Notes: generated by a model not told the origin, from the sequence alone. Shown: positions 1 through 12,325, numbered from the stretch's first letter. The stretch is 41,802 nt of DNA from Octopus bimaculoides (GCF_001194135.2 NC_068999.1:22008386-22050187), one strand, 5' to 3'. Translations and numbers: made by a program.

Positions 1-67
1 CACCAAATATACAGTGCGTGTGTTTTTATTGGCTAAACTGGCAATATGACCATCCCCAAGTACAACA

Positions 68-113
<46 letters not shown>

Positions 114-272
114 CAAGCTTCCTTCAGTTTCTGTCTACCAAATCCATTGACAAGGTTTTGGTCAGCCATAGGCTATAGTAGAAGGCACTTAGCTAAGGTG
201 TCACACAGTGGGACCAAACCCAGAAACATGTCATTGAGAAGCAAGCTTCTTACCACACAGCCACACCTGCAC
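1..272 (-). mobile_element. tRNA-derived SINE family 1 (abundant octopus-type), 5' half plus (CA)n
   Basis: Reverse complement of the head/body seen at 37301-37703 (ccacacagccac, ctaccaaatcc..caagg..tggtc). Confidence 0.8.
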
Positions 273-734
273 TAATATATTACCTTTCTTGAGAAACAAT
301 ACAGAGTTGGTGATGGGAAGAACATTCAACAGCAGAATACTGTCTCAATAAGTCTCATCCAACTCAAGCCAGAATAGAAAAAGTAAGCATGAAGCTGCTA
401 TGCCATGGTTTTCTGTCACTTGGCAAAGTGCATTGTTCTGAAATAAGTGTAATTTCCACTTTATTAGTGAGTCATTAGCAAGAAAATCAGTATCCAAATG
501 TTAAAAATAAATTGTTCTATAAATCATATGCAAATATCCAAATTTTTTTAAAAGAGGCACTATTTATGATAGCATGCCAGTGCATCATTTCAAATTTAAT
601 ACTATAATTTTGAATACAGGCAACGTTTATGGTTCATTTGCCTATTTTTAAAAAGATTTAAAATCAATATTAAGTGCATAGAAATAACTCTTTTCTCTAA
701 TGGCTTGTACTAATAAAAGCAAACAAATTGCCAG

Positions 735-2245
735 CTATATTCAGTGAAAAATGGGATTTTTTTTCTTTTTTTTAACATATAAATACATAAGAAGTATCTT
801 ATTTAAAAAAAAGATTTGATTGGAGTTTCTAAAAGCTAAAATATAGAACACCACTGTTTGATCAAACATAAAGCACAGGAAAATTTGTTATATAAGCTAG
901 TATTGTTAAAAGAATCTTTATACAAACAGCAGTCATTTTTCAAAAGACATTAATAAAATGCTTCTGTAATTCAAGCAAGTTAGGTTGTGTGAGAGCAAAT
1001 TGCAAAGTAATTGAACCAGCTTATCAAAGTTGAGTGTGTGAAAGAGCGTATAGTTACTGTCATCAAGGAAGAGTCAGTTTGAAATTTATTTGTATCATGG
1101 ATGATCATTTCTGCCTATATTAAAGAAAAAAACATTGTTCAAGAATGTTTTATCAGAGCTCAGGAAATAATCAGGTTGCTTGAGAATTTTATCATGGTGG
1201 ACAATTTCAATATTGTTATTGATGTATCCTTGAAACAAGAAGCATCAGAATTAGTGTTTTATTCAATGGTTGTAGATGAGATTATATATATATGTATATA
1301 TATATATAAGCACAAGCATATCTGTGTGGTTAAGAAGCTTACTTTGCAGCCATGTAGTTTCAGGTTCAGTCCCACTTTGCTGCACCTTGGGCAAGTGTCT
1401 TCTACTATAGCCCTAGACCAACTAGTGGTGCCTTGTAAAAGAATTTGGTAAACTGAAACTGTTTGGAAACCCATTATGTGTGTATATATATATTTATATA
1501 TATATATGTGTGTGTGTTTGTCTCCCATCATCATTTGACAACCAGCGTTGGTTTGTTTGCAGCCCTCTAATTTAGTTGTTCAGCAAAATAGACCAACAGA
1601 ATAAGTACCAAGCTTTAAAAATAAGTGCTGGGGTTAATTTGTTCTACTAAACCTTTCAAGACTGCCTTGGCAAGGTCACTCTAATGACTGAAACAAGTAA
1701 AAAGCAATATATAGTAAATGTAACAGTTGGCTATATTTCCACATGCGATAACAGCTAACTTTTATAGTAAAAGACTTACTTTAAAGTTGTTGCATGGAAC
1801 TGCCAGAGGCAAAGATTTTTTTTTTTTCTAATATCTAATCAACAATAAGTGATTTCAGTTACCCATATCAAAAACTTAGTGGCATAATTAGGGATGATAT
1901 ACTATCTATAGTGAAGTTCCAAAATGCTTTTTTTAACTTTTATTGTAAAAGAATTGGAGAAGCTTCAACAGTAACTCTAATAGCTTAGTGTTATAGTCAT
2001 AGTCATCAGCAAAATTTATGCACACATTCTCTAATAATGAATGATGGGATGAAAGTGATACCAAAATGTATTCTCATCAGAATGGATTACACAACAGAAT
2101 TTTAAGAAATTTTGAATGCCCTTGAAGCAGAACAAGATGAAATTAAACTTCCAGTTATAGAATTAGAAAGTCAAAAAGGATTAAATGATTCAGTATTTTT
2201 AGTCAATGATTTAAATTTGAAATTACAAGAGCTTAATCAACTTAT
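735..2245 (+). mobile_element. Fossil hAT (Charlie/SPIN, GTF2IRD2-like) transposase, interrupted by a SINE
   Basis: Collinear decayed motifs: KNASVIQAS*VV*EQIAK, LKQEASELVFYSMVVDE, TLKLLHGTARGKDF, HQQNLCTHSLIMNDGMKVI, NGLHNR, VFLVNDLNLKLQELNQLI. Many stops and frameshifts. Confidence 0.75.
1308..1703 (+). mobile_element. SINE family 1, near full length
   Basis: ctgtgtggttaag head, ccttgggcaagtgtcttctactatagcc core, internal (TA/TG)n, ctgaaacaagtaaaa tail. Confidence 0.85.
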
Positions 2246-3020
2246 ACCCCTCCTAGGTTTGGCCTTGTTGAGGTGAAAGGTCTTATATGTTCCATAGATC
2301 TGAGAGACCATTACCATCTGAAGCATTGCTCCTGGTAAGGTGACCTTAGGCAGGATGCTCTCCCAGGAAAATTCCAGACTAATGGTGACCCATGACATGT
2401 TGGCTCATCACCAAGATAGTAGCCCCATCATCTGGCTATTCTGTAGAGGACCAACACCCTGTTATTGCATCCTCCAAAAGAAGAATCAGCTTATTCCTCT
2501 TCAAGAGCTTTGAATCACTGCTGCATTTTTCCATAACCCAACTGAAAAACACTGCAGCAATGGAAGCACAGAATATAGAACTGATGTTAGAATTTGCTGC
2601 AGTGTCTTTCAGTCATTTGGGTCTCTCAGATGTGAAGATCTGGCTGGTTTAAACATAAAGTAAGTAGAATATTTGGGTTACATATGGCCAATTGAAATGC
2701 TAAAAAGTTAATTCAAGTTTAATGTACGGTTGAAGTGACTTGCTCATCATAAAGTTAGATATATCAATGTAACTGATTTTTTTTGTTTTCATTTGTACTT
2801 AATTATAGTTATTGCTCTGATGTAAGATTTGACATTTCACACAAAAGAAGACTTGATTGTTTAGATGCTAATTTAAATGAAACACAAGATAAAAAAAAAA
2901 AGTCAAATACATTTGGGTTTCAATTCCTCGTCATACAGCAGGATATAGTAATAAAGAAATAACCTTTAAAGAAAAATTTAATTCTCTTTTGCCATATCAA
3001 AACTAAAACAAAAACTTATT

Positions 3021-3352
3021 TAGTTGTATGCTGTCGACTTAAGGTGACAGTCCCCTGAAGGGAATAATACTACTGTTGGTTAGACCCAGGAAGCTGCACT
3101 GCTTCCTGTCGGCCTTGACACATTTCCTGTGTCCTTATGTTTACAAGGGGGAGACAAGCACCTCCACCCAGCTAAGCCTGCATCTAGAGACATGTTTCTG
3201 AGTCTTTGCTCGTCATCAGTCTGGAGTAGCTTGTCTCCCCCTTGTAAACATAAGGAAACAGGGGACTGTTACTTTAAGTTGACAGCATACAACTACTTCA
3301 TTGTATCACTACTGCATAAATCTCTGAGAGATTTAGAAATGTATTATTTCTA
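3021..3352. mobile_element. Foldback/MITE-like element with nested inverted repeats
   Basis: Outer IR 3021-3057 / 3259-3295 (34/37), inner perfect 28-bp IR 3132-3159 / 3229-3256. A second partial copy lies at 33577-33741. Confidence 0.75.
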
Positions 3353-3413
3353 AAAAAAACTTATTTGTCTGAAACTTTAAAACCTGATTCTCTTTCATTA
3401 TTGGTCTTTTTAG

Positions 3414-3468
3414 AGTTGGTGCAAAGCTTATTTTTTGAAGAAGCTGTGGCTCTTCTACAAAAATTCAA
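3414..3468 (+). CDS. Candidate exon of an unidentified upstream gene (ELVQSLFFEEAVALLQKF)
   Basis: Pyrimidine-rich acceptor ggtctttttag, protein-like open frame, weak donor gtgata. No homology recognised. Confidence 0.3.
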
Positions 3469-4153
3469 GTGATACCATTCAGTATACTGAACATCATATA
3501 ATCAATCAAATTCAATTCAATATATTAATTCAGTATGTTACTAATACTTCATTTAGTATTTTCACAATTTCAACAGAAGGATGAAACTAAATTATTCAGA
3601 AGTTTTATCTTTTCTTCCAACTTGTTACCCTATTATTTATTATAAAAAGCAGCAACAGAAAAATGGTCAAATGACAGAAATGGTAGTGATAAATCAGGCA
3701 CTTGTGTTTTTTAAATTTTTTTTAATGTTCTTCTATATCAGGAGTCCAAAACCTGCTATTGTTGACTTTGTCTTTTATTTCTCAGCATAAATGTACTTCG
3801 GTTGATTCAAATGACTTAACCCTACCACTGCAAATTTATGGCCTTGTGCTAATGTAATAAGCCACTAGGAAGACACTAATAGCTGCAAGTTTGTAGACAC
3901 AATGTAGTGTCAGTATTAAGTTGCAACCTTATAAATTCTAAAAATCAATCAAAATAAGATCTAAGGAAAGATTTGCTTCCATATTATCAGATTCAATAAA
4001 ATGAGTAATGTGATACAATGAGATTCATTCAAGTAATTATTCCCACTTCCTCTGCAGAAATCTGGTCATGTATTTAAGTAAGAAATCAATAATGATATTA
4101 AATGTAAACAATTTCAAAAACAGAAAAGAAAATCAATCTTGTTTTCATCCTAG

Positions 4154-4294
4154 TTACTCAGAAATCATTTAGATGTGGTTAAAGGTCTAAATAAAGCCAT
4201 CAATCACTTCAGACCATTGTTAGATACTCAGTCAACACATCTGCTTGATAGCAATGCTCTGAAAGCTGTGTTGCATCTGATTCAGCTAAGTATC
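4154..4294 (+). CDS. Candidate exon of an unidentified upstream gene (LLRNHLDVVKGLNKAINHFRPLLDTQSTHLLDSNALKAVLHLIQLSI)
   Basis: Acceptor tcttgttttcatcctag, 47 open codons in AT-rich DNA. Ends at donor gtatga (4295) or stop TGA (4298). Confidence 0.4.
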
Positions 4295-4344
4295 GTATGA
4301 CAAGATTGTGTGGTATGATTTTAGATCAGATGAAATTTGTATGT

Positions 4345-4675
4345 CTTGTATGTTGGTCATGGATGACCATGCGATTGCACCTAGAAAGTTTCCCTCCAAA
4401 GCACAAGTCAAGGCAAGGTTGTTTAATGGAAGACTAGCAGTTGCCCCTCCATCCCAGCCTCTCCTCTCCATACCACCAATGTTGTCCAAGGGAAAGGCAA
4501 AAGCTGATACAGCTTGACACCAGTGGTGTCACAACTCATTTCTGCTGCAGAGTGTACTGGAGCAACATGGAATAAAGTGTTTTGCTCAAGAGCACAATAC
4601 ACAGCCTGGTCTGGCAACCAAACTCACTACCTCATGATTGTGAGCCCAGCACTCTAACCACTGAGCTATGCACCT
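4345..4675 (-). mobile_element. tRNA-derived SINE family 3
   Basis: Minus strand reads tagctcagtggttagagtgctgggctcacaatcatgagg.. (tRNA-like head), ttgagcaaaacacttt core and ..tgcaatcgcatggtcatccatgacc tail, shared with 41170-41278. Confidence 0.75.
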
Positions 4676-4925
4676 TCATGCATGTTGGTCATTGAGTACA
4701 CTGTAAATTAACTGCGTAAGGATTTTACATGGGTGCATAGCAGAATTAAAAATATAACTGGTCAAAGGGTGGGAAGCCTCTCCCTGAGAAGCTAGTGGCC
4801 AACCATACCTAGAATAAAGATAAGTATCACCAGATTCATGTCTATTGAAACATTTTTGTGTATCAATGGCCTAAGGAGATTTTGGGTGGATGTGTTGCCT
4901 TACAACAGCTTGAGCAAAGACATAG

Positions 4926-5522
4926 TATCTTTTACCTTTTACTTTCACTGGGGCACCACTTTGAAGGGTTTAGTTCAGTGGTTCTCAACCTGGGTCACTA
5001 TGGCCCTTGGGGATCCATATAAGATTTAGTTGTTAAAATTTATCTGCAATAAATTGGTTATCCTTCTTGCTGTACACTAAATATTTTTATACAATTCCTA
5101 ATAATATTTAATTATATAAATATAATTGGATTTTTTAAACATTGAATGGCTGGGAGAATCCATCTGAGTAAAATAAGAGCAAAAAATAGCCTATAGATAA
5201 AAACAGAAATACTGATTTAGTTGAACAAAGTAGCTCCAAAGCCTGGTACTTATTCTTCCAGTCAGTTTTGCTGAACAGCTAAATTATAGAGGCATAAACA
5301 AACCAACACCAGTTGTCAAGTAGTGGTAAGGGGAAAAACACAGACACACATGCACGTGTGCACACACATACAAGTTTCTTTCCATCAAATTTACTCACAA
5401 GGCTTTGGTTGGCCCAAGGTTATAGTAGAAGACACTTGCCTAAGGTGCCATGTTGTGGGACTGAACTTGGAACCATGTGGTTGGGAAGCAAACTTCTTAC
5501 CACACAGCCTCACCTATGCCTA
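4926..5522 (-). mobile_element. SINE family 1 split by a hAT MITE
   Basis: SINE tail at 4926-4975 resumes at 5223 (gaagggtttagtt|gaacaa), matching the uninterrupted copy near 24945. Confidence 0.75.
4976..5214. mobile_element. hAT-type MITE
   Basis: Left TIR cagtggttctcaacc, degenerate right end agaaatactg, 8-bp TSD gtttagtt/atttagtt. Confidence 0.7.
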
Positions 5523-5675
5523 TAGAATCTTGGTAAATCAAATTAATAAAGTTTCAATTCCTGCTAGCATGTTAGTGAATAAATCATTATCAATTAATAA
5601 AATAACTTTCTTTTAGATTTGGTATAAGACACTTATGTGTACAACAGTAGTACTATAATACAAGTCTTACTTCAG

Positions 5676-5778
5676 CCTAGTAGAAGATCTGCAACTAAAT
5701 ACGGCCAGTATATTTCTGGCTCAACAGAAGACTCCTAGCATTGGTGTACAAGATTATCAGAGATTGGGAGATATATAA
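5676..5778 (+). CDS. Possible terminal exon of the same unidentified gene
   Basis: Acceptor cttacttcag. Two frames are open (PSRRSATKYGQYISGSTEDS* or LVEDLQLNTASIFLAQQKTPSIGVQDYQRLGDI*); the frame is unresolved. Confidence 0.2.
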
Positions 5779-6361
5779 TTTATAACAATTCTGAAGGTTT
5801 TAGTAATGTGTTGCTCATGACTAGAAAGAGAGAATGATGTACAAGTCCATTTAGTTGGTATATGTAGTTGTTGTATGTTTGTAGTGTTCAGAGAAACAAA
5901 GTTACCCTATCCCCATTAAAGAATGTTCACAAAGTTTTGTATCTATCTCCAGGTTGGCCCTAATCAAGCAGACTGATAATGAAAGATATTCCAATTGCAA
6001 CCATGCCATCTTTATTTTTACAACAGAGTGTATATAAGAGTATTATCCAATGCTGCTTTCTTTTTTTTAAGAAGGTAGGGTTGTAATTTTGATAGAATTT
6101 ACCTGCTATGAAGTCAGGTCTAGGTTTTGGTCATTTGCCTAGCTGAATCATATGGTTCAGTGGTGTAACTTATTTCCTACCAAGAAATGCAGATGTTTGA
6201 GCAAGTAGCTGACTTGAAGTAACATAATGATTTAAGAGTGAGTAGAGTAGTGTGGTTAGTGATTATGAGGGTCATTGCTTTTAGATAATGAACAAAGGCT
6301 CTAATTAGTGCAGAATGGCAATAGCTGGTTAAAGGTTGCTTCAGAGATGCATAAAAGATGA

Positions 6362-6700
6362 AGAGAGGTGGAAAGGAGCCGAATCATGCAACCACACATA
6401 TGACCTTCCAGCAGCAACTTTCTCCAGCCAAAGATTGACTAGTCTCCAGCAACAACCCTCTCCATCCAGGACTTGACCACAGTCTCCAGCAGCTTCACAT
6501 CGTCATCTGAATTGAGCCTAAGGCCCTGTTCAAAGATGTAGGGATGAATTCCAGCATGTGGACTCAGTCAGAACACCAGCTGTGTTCCTTCTTACTGGCC
6601 ATGGCTTTGTAGTCTCTGTTGCAGCTGTCCATGTCTGTCTTACAGCCATTAGTGTGCACAAAGCATTGAGTAGCAGTCATGTCGGCATTTTGATGCCTGG
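6362..6700 (-). mobile_element. IS630-Tc1-mariner (maT/DD37D-like) transposase fragment
   Basis: Minus-strand peptides EQGLRLNSDDDVKLLETVVKSWMERVVAG and WLEKVAAGRSYVWLHDSAPFH (second catalytic Asp motif). Confidence 0.65.
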
Positions 6701-7629
6701 TATGAATCATCATGATACAAGTAACTTTTATCTAATATCACTTTAATATTTATGCTCCCCAACACTGTTAACTGTTCACCAATATAATTGAGTTGTTCTT
6801 GAAAAAGGAAGCATTAAAAAATCATCAAATTTAGCCCAAACACCCTGTATCATTGTATCTGCCAGGGAAATGGATAAGAATAGAACTGGATGCTAATTTG
6901 TGCAAACGTTGAATGGTAAAAACATGCTTTGTCCCCAATATGAGAGGTGTGTAACAGCCAGGAGGAAGTGTATGTTGGTGTTTGAAGGCAAGAGAGAGAT
7001 AAGATTAGATAGATATCATCAGGAAGTGAACTAGTTCAATAGTTGATAGCGAACAGAGGAGTTTGAAGATAAGTAGAGTCAACAGATGAATTTAAAGAAA
7101 TTGGGAAGAATAACTTGAAGCTGTATTACTGAGAGAGTTTAAGAAAGAGTGGATCCTGTATGCATAATGTTTGGAGCAAAGTTTACAGTGTTATTTAGAG
7201 ATCAAAAATGAGTCAGAAATAAGGGATGAGAAATTTATGTTTCAAATGTAGGACAGAATTTGTAGTTCATATGTTGTTTACCTCAGATGAATTTCAAGTA
7301 AATCTATGATAAAAAGCATTTCAGCCACAACCATCTGCCTTCTGAGGAGTATTTAGAACTACATTATCCAATGTTCTTTCCTTTTTCAACACAGTAAGTA
7401 TGATTTGTGGGAGATTTGTTTACTATTTTTAGCAGACTAGCAAAACATAAAGGAAAATGCAGTTGGGAGATATGCGTGAAGACACCATGTTATTTTCAAA
7501 CCAAAAGCCTAATGAAAGTGCTTGCAACATGATAAACTCTGCTAAAGGTATCCACAAACCAGATGATGGTATTAGAATGGGCATCTTGTTAGGCCTAATA
7601 CTATTTGTAATGTTGATGCCTTTTAATCC

Positions 7630-7983
7630 CTCAACACAAGGGTTCCAGTTGATCCAATCAACAGAACAGTCTGCTTGTGAAATTAACATGCAAGTGGCTG
7701 AGCACTCCACAGACACATGTACCCCTAACGTAGTTTTCGGGGGATATTCAGCGTGACAAGGCTGGCCCTTTGAATTACAGGCACAACAGAAACAGGAAGT
7801 AAGAGTGAGAGAAAGTTGTGGTGAAAGAGTACAGCAGGGTTCGCCACCATCCCCTGCCAGAGCCTCATGGAGCTTTAGGTGTTTTCGCTCAATAAACACT
7901 CACAACGCCCGGTCTGGGAATCAAAACCGCGATCCTATGACCGTGAGTCCGCTGCCCTAACCACTGGGCCATTGCGCTTCCAT
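7630..7983 (-). mobile_element. tRNA-derived SINE family 4, CpG-rich young copy
   Basis: Minus-strand head gcgcaatggcccagtggttagggcagcggactc..ggttttgattcccagaccgggcg with A- and B-box-like motifs. Confidence 0.75.
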
Positions 7984-8647
7984 ACATCCCAGAGTAGATA
8001 TGTGATATCTTACATATTGAATAAATGTTGAGATGATTGAAAAATGTCAGAGAACTGATATTTTAGATTTATTTCTATAAGAGAGGTCTGTCAATTTTAT
8101 TTGTTTTTGCTTTTTTAAAGGTAAATGATGAGTAAATTTGGAATCAAGACAAGAGTTAAAAAATTATTGACAGATTGAATATGTGACAAATTTTATGATC
8201 TGCTTAAAATTTGCCAATCAAATATGAACAATTATAAATTGATGACTTGTGACCTAACAAAAAAATACGATTGTTGATTCTAACAAAAATCCTTTTAATT
8301 ATAGACATCTGTCACAAAATTAAGTGCTTGCATCAAAAGAATGATGGAGCTTCAGAGCTAGCAATAATGTGTCATGGAAAATTGATTTGTGATTTTATTT
8401 TATTTATTTATTTATCTATTATTTTCAGAATTATTGTCTACATTCAAAGTACACATGTTATTCAGAAAAAAAAAAAACAAATCATAAAATTACAGCCAGT
8501 TGCAGAGTTTGAAATGGAGATTAAATCTAGAAGTTTTTAACCACCTATGTTTAGAATTTGAAAATAAGTGCAAAATGAAAAAGATACAATTAGTTACATA
8601 TTCCAAAACAAAGAAAGTAAGAGCTTAACAGCCATAAAAAAAAAAAA

Positions 8648-8835
8648 NNNNNNNNNNNNNNNNNNNNNNNNNNNNNNNNNNNNNNNNNNNNNNNNNNNNN
8701 NNNNNNNNNNNNNNNNNNNNNNNNNNNNNNNNNNNNNNNNNNNNNNNNNNNNNNNNNNNNNNNNNNNNNNNNNNNNNNNNNNNNNNNNNNNNNNNNNNNN
8801 NNNNNNNNNNNNNNNNNNNNNNNNNNNNNNNNNNN
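8648..8835. other. Assembly gap (N run)
   Basis: Run of N. Confidence 1.
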
Positions 8836-9295
8836 GTGGTGGCGGCGGTGGTGGCAGTGCATGCTTATTCTGAAACCCTATAAGGGGAACATTAATTTGG
8901 ATTTAGTGATATTGTGAAGATGTGTGGCTTAGTGGTTTAGGTGTTGCTCAGAAGATCATCATTGTGATTCCTGAACCAGGTGGAAGCATTGTGTTCATAA
9001 GGTGAATAATATAGTACTTGAATGCCCAAGCTTGAGTAAAATATATTGAAGCTGAAAAAACACTTTGTGAGAAGTTATTCAGCTTCAATAAAACTATATG
9101 CAGTGACGAAAAAGCTTTCTGGAATAAATAGAAGGAATAAATAAATGAATGAATGGAAATGTGCTATATTAAGGCACAATGCCTCTCCCAGACACAACAA
9201 AAATTGTTTCAACACATGAATTCACATAAGGAATCTTGCAAACCAGATACAAAAACAAAGTGTGTATATGTGTGTGTGTGTGTGTGTGTACAGTT

Positions 9296-9632
9296 GTTGG
9301 CACGGCTGTGTGAAAAGAAGCTTGCTTCTTAACCACATGGTCTGCTACTATAGCCTTGGGCTGACCAAAGCCTTGCGAGTGGATTTGGTAGACAGAAACT
9401 GAAAGAAGCCTGTCATGTGTGTGTGTGTGTGTGTGTGTTTGTCCCCACATCATCGCTTGACAACCAATGTCAGTGTGTTTACATACCTATAACTTAGCGG
9501 TTTGGCAAAACAGTCTGATAGAATAAGTACTAGGCTTTAAAAAAATAAGTCCTGGTGTCAATTTGTTCGACTAAAGGCTATGCTCCAGCATGGCCGCAGT
9601 TAAATTACTGAAACAAGTAAAAGAATAAAAGA
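9296..9632 (+). mobile_element. SINE family 1 with an internal deletion in the head
   Basis: aaccacatggt joined directly to ctgctactatagcc; normal body and tail. Confidence 0.8.
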
Positions 9633-9660
9633 ATACATACATACATACATATATACATGT

Positions 9661-10880
9661 ATCAGATCGTCAAGAATGAAATGTTCGATTTTCTTAAATA
9701 CCAAGTTTGATAGTCATTAACTCTAATGTTTTATCCTGACAATTCTTTCTTTTACAACATTGAAGAGTTACATCCTCACTTTTTCAAAATGCAATGCATG
9801 GCATCTGATTATATAGTGAGTTTTCTCTTGTTAATCAATTTTTGTGAATCCATGGATAGATAAAAAATTTGTGTTGTTTATGAATATGAGTTCCGTCCTG
9901 GAACCAATGCATCCCAGACAGCTCAAAGCATCAATGAGGTGTTTGGTGAAGATGTGGCAAATGAGTGCACTGTACGTCGATGGTTTCAGAAATTCCAGCC
10001 TTGTGACTTTACTCTTGAAAATCAGCCCCGTGGTAGACCTGAGACCAAAGTGAATAATGATGAGCTGGAAACTAGTGGAAGTGGATACATTTCAAACTAC
10101 ACATGAGTGAGCAACAAGGTTTGATCTTTCAATTCCAACTGTATTGGACCATCTGAAACAAATTGGCAAGGTAAAGAAGCTGTACAGGTGGGTACCACAT
10201 GAACTGAACAAGCATGAAATAACATGTCATCTTGAAACTTGTTCTTTGCTGTCACGACATAAAAACAAACCATTTTCACATTGTATTGTTACGTGTGAGG
10301 AAAAATGGATTCTTTTCAACAATAGCAAGTATTCTGCACAGTGGCTGGATAGAAACAAAGCGCCAAAATACAATCCAAAAAAGAATATTCACCAAAAAAA
10401 GCTAATGGTGTCTGTTTGGTGATCCAACACTGGTGTCATCTTCTACAGCTTCATGAGACCTGGTAAATCAGTTGCAACGAATGTGTACATCAACCAAATA
10501 GATGAAATGATAAATGAACTTACAATTAAACAACTGAGATTGGTCAATAGAGGCAGACCAATTTTCTTGTGAGACAATGCTTGACCACGTGTTACACAAA
10601 CAATGCTACTCAAGTTACAGGAACTGAACTTGAAAGTACTCTGTCATCTACCTTATTCACCTGATTTGCACCAACTGACTATCACATTTTCCAAGCATTA
10701 GACAACTTTTTGCAAGGAAAAAATTGAAAATTTGAAGAAGATGCAAAAACAGCCTTTTGTGATTTCATCACCTCTTGCTCTCCAGAATTCTTCGCTGCCG
10801 GCATAAATAAGCAACCGATAAAATGGCAAAATTGTGTTGATAATTTAGGTGCATACTTTGATTAATTGCATTGCTTTTTG
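9661..10880 (+). mobile_element. Degenerate mariner transposon, near full-length transposase
   Basis: YEFRPGTNASQTAQSINEVFG..TVRRWFQKF (HTH), WVPHEL, TCEEKW, KLMVSVW and PYSPDL-like motifs; stops and frameshifts. Confidence 0.9.
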
Positions 10881-10884
10881 TTAC

Positions 10885-11180
10885 GATCATCATCATTATC
10901 ATCGTTTAACATCTACCTTCCATGCTATCATGGGTGGGACGGTTCCACAAGAGATGGCTGGGCAGAAGCCTGTACCAGACTTCTGTGACTGTTTCGGCAG
11001 AATTTTTACAGCTGGATGCCCTTCCTAACAACAATCACTCAGCAGAGTGGACTTAGTGCTTTTTGTGTGGCACAAGCACAGGTGAGGTCAATTCTAAACA
11101 CCAACCACTTTACAGTGTGGACTGGGTGCTTTTAAGTGACACCTGCATTGACAGGGTCACCAAATACTTGCAAGGCTAAA
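10885..11180 (-). mobile_element. RTE LINE 3'UTR with (GAT)n-type tail
   Basis: Reverse complement of the gttaggaagggcatccagc..catggaa..gatgatga module also at 25900-26075. Confidence 0.65.
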
Positions 11181-12059
11181 AAAAAAAAACTTTCAAGAGA
11201 GGAGGGGGACATTGGAGAAGTTGATCTTGTGTCAGATGATGAATGGTTATAGTGAGACAGAGAGACAGAAACAGGTGTCTTACTGTGGAGGAAGTACAAG
11301 GTTACCTGGCTGGAGAGAGAATGAGATCAGGAATGAAGACAGAAACAGGTGTGCTACCACAAAAGAAATACATGGTTACCCAACCTGAGGGAAGTCCAGG
11401 AGAAGGAGAGAGAGAGTGGGAGACAGCAGGATGGAGATGGTGGCAAAATGTTAGGCATACTCACAAGGGATGGGGATCGGAATATAAATGGGATGCTTGA
11501 GTAAAGGAAAAGAGAGATATAGATGGTGGCAAGTGCCAGGGCATACCCTTGAGGTTCGAATGCCATAATATAAGTGGCAGGATATTGCAAAGGAAGTGTG
11601 GTGTGATTAAAGAGTGTCAAGGGGTAAGTGAGTGGTGAAAACTTGGGTATATATAGTCTAGGGGCTACTGAATAGCAATGATACTGAGGAACAGGATTGG
11701 AGAGTGAGAGCTAGGCATAGTGTATGAAGGAGAAAATGTAAGGAAGAGAACAAATGGGGAGATGTAGATTGGTCTGTTGGGGTAGGGTGAGTGAAAAGTT
11801 TTCTTGTTACATGTGGGTTGAGCACACAGGTCAGGTGGGTGGAAGACAGAGTTCAGGGGCTAGCGGAGAGCAATGATACCGTGGCACTAGACCAAGAGGA
11901 CAGGATTGGGGAGTGGGAGGTAAGCATAGTGCACAAAGGGGAAATGTGAGGAAGAGAAGAGATGTAGAGACATAGTTTGGTTTGTTGTGGTAGAGTGTGT
12001 GAGAAATTTTCTTGTTAAGTGTGGGTGGGACACACAATGCTTCTAGAATTCAGTTTCGC

Positions 12060-12325
12060 TGATGTGGGCAGGTCTCTAGAACTTCATATCGCCAGACATC
12101 TCAGTCCAGTACCATTTCCTCTGTGAAGCCCAACATCCTGAAATCGGTCCTTACCACTTCATCCCATGTCTTCTTGGGTCTCCCTCTTCTGTGGGTACCA
12201 TCCACTTTCAGTGATCAGCACTTCTTTATGCAGCTGTCCTCATTCATACACATCACATGTCCAAACCAATGTGGTCTTCTCTCTTGCATGCTACAGTTGA
12301 TTCCTCTTATACCCAACTTTTCTCT
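12060..12325 (-). mobile_element. RTE LINE ORF2 C-terminal fragment
   Basis: Minus strand WFGHVMCMNEDSCIKKC*SLKVDGTHRRGRPKKTWDEVV..GFTEEM. Confidence 0.8.

Noticed and set aside
18-275. ORF-track peptides such as HTHTHT..QQASFSFC and VYVCVC (also 1259, 5313, 9169, 12394-13168, 22875-23421, 30924-31323, 37324)
   Set aside because: Translations of SINE bodies and dinucleotide microsatellites.
7457-7756. 99-aa ORF with a hydrophobic stretch
   Set aside because: An in-frame stop lies just upstream, no homology was recognised, and the 3' half is antisense SINE.
8271-8540. ORF or possible terminal exon IIVYIQSTHV..SRSF*
   Set aside because: Runs through poly-A and AT-rich sequence; no compatible exon chain or homology.
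11660-12040. Diverged purine-rich tandem duplication, about 210-bp period
   Set aside because: Lies among RTE remnants, with no coding or structural signal; probably old repeat debris.
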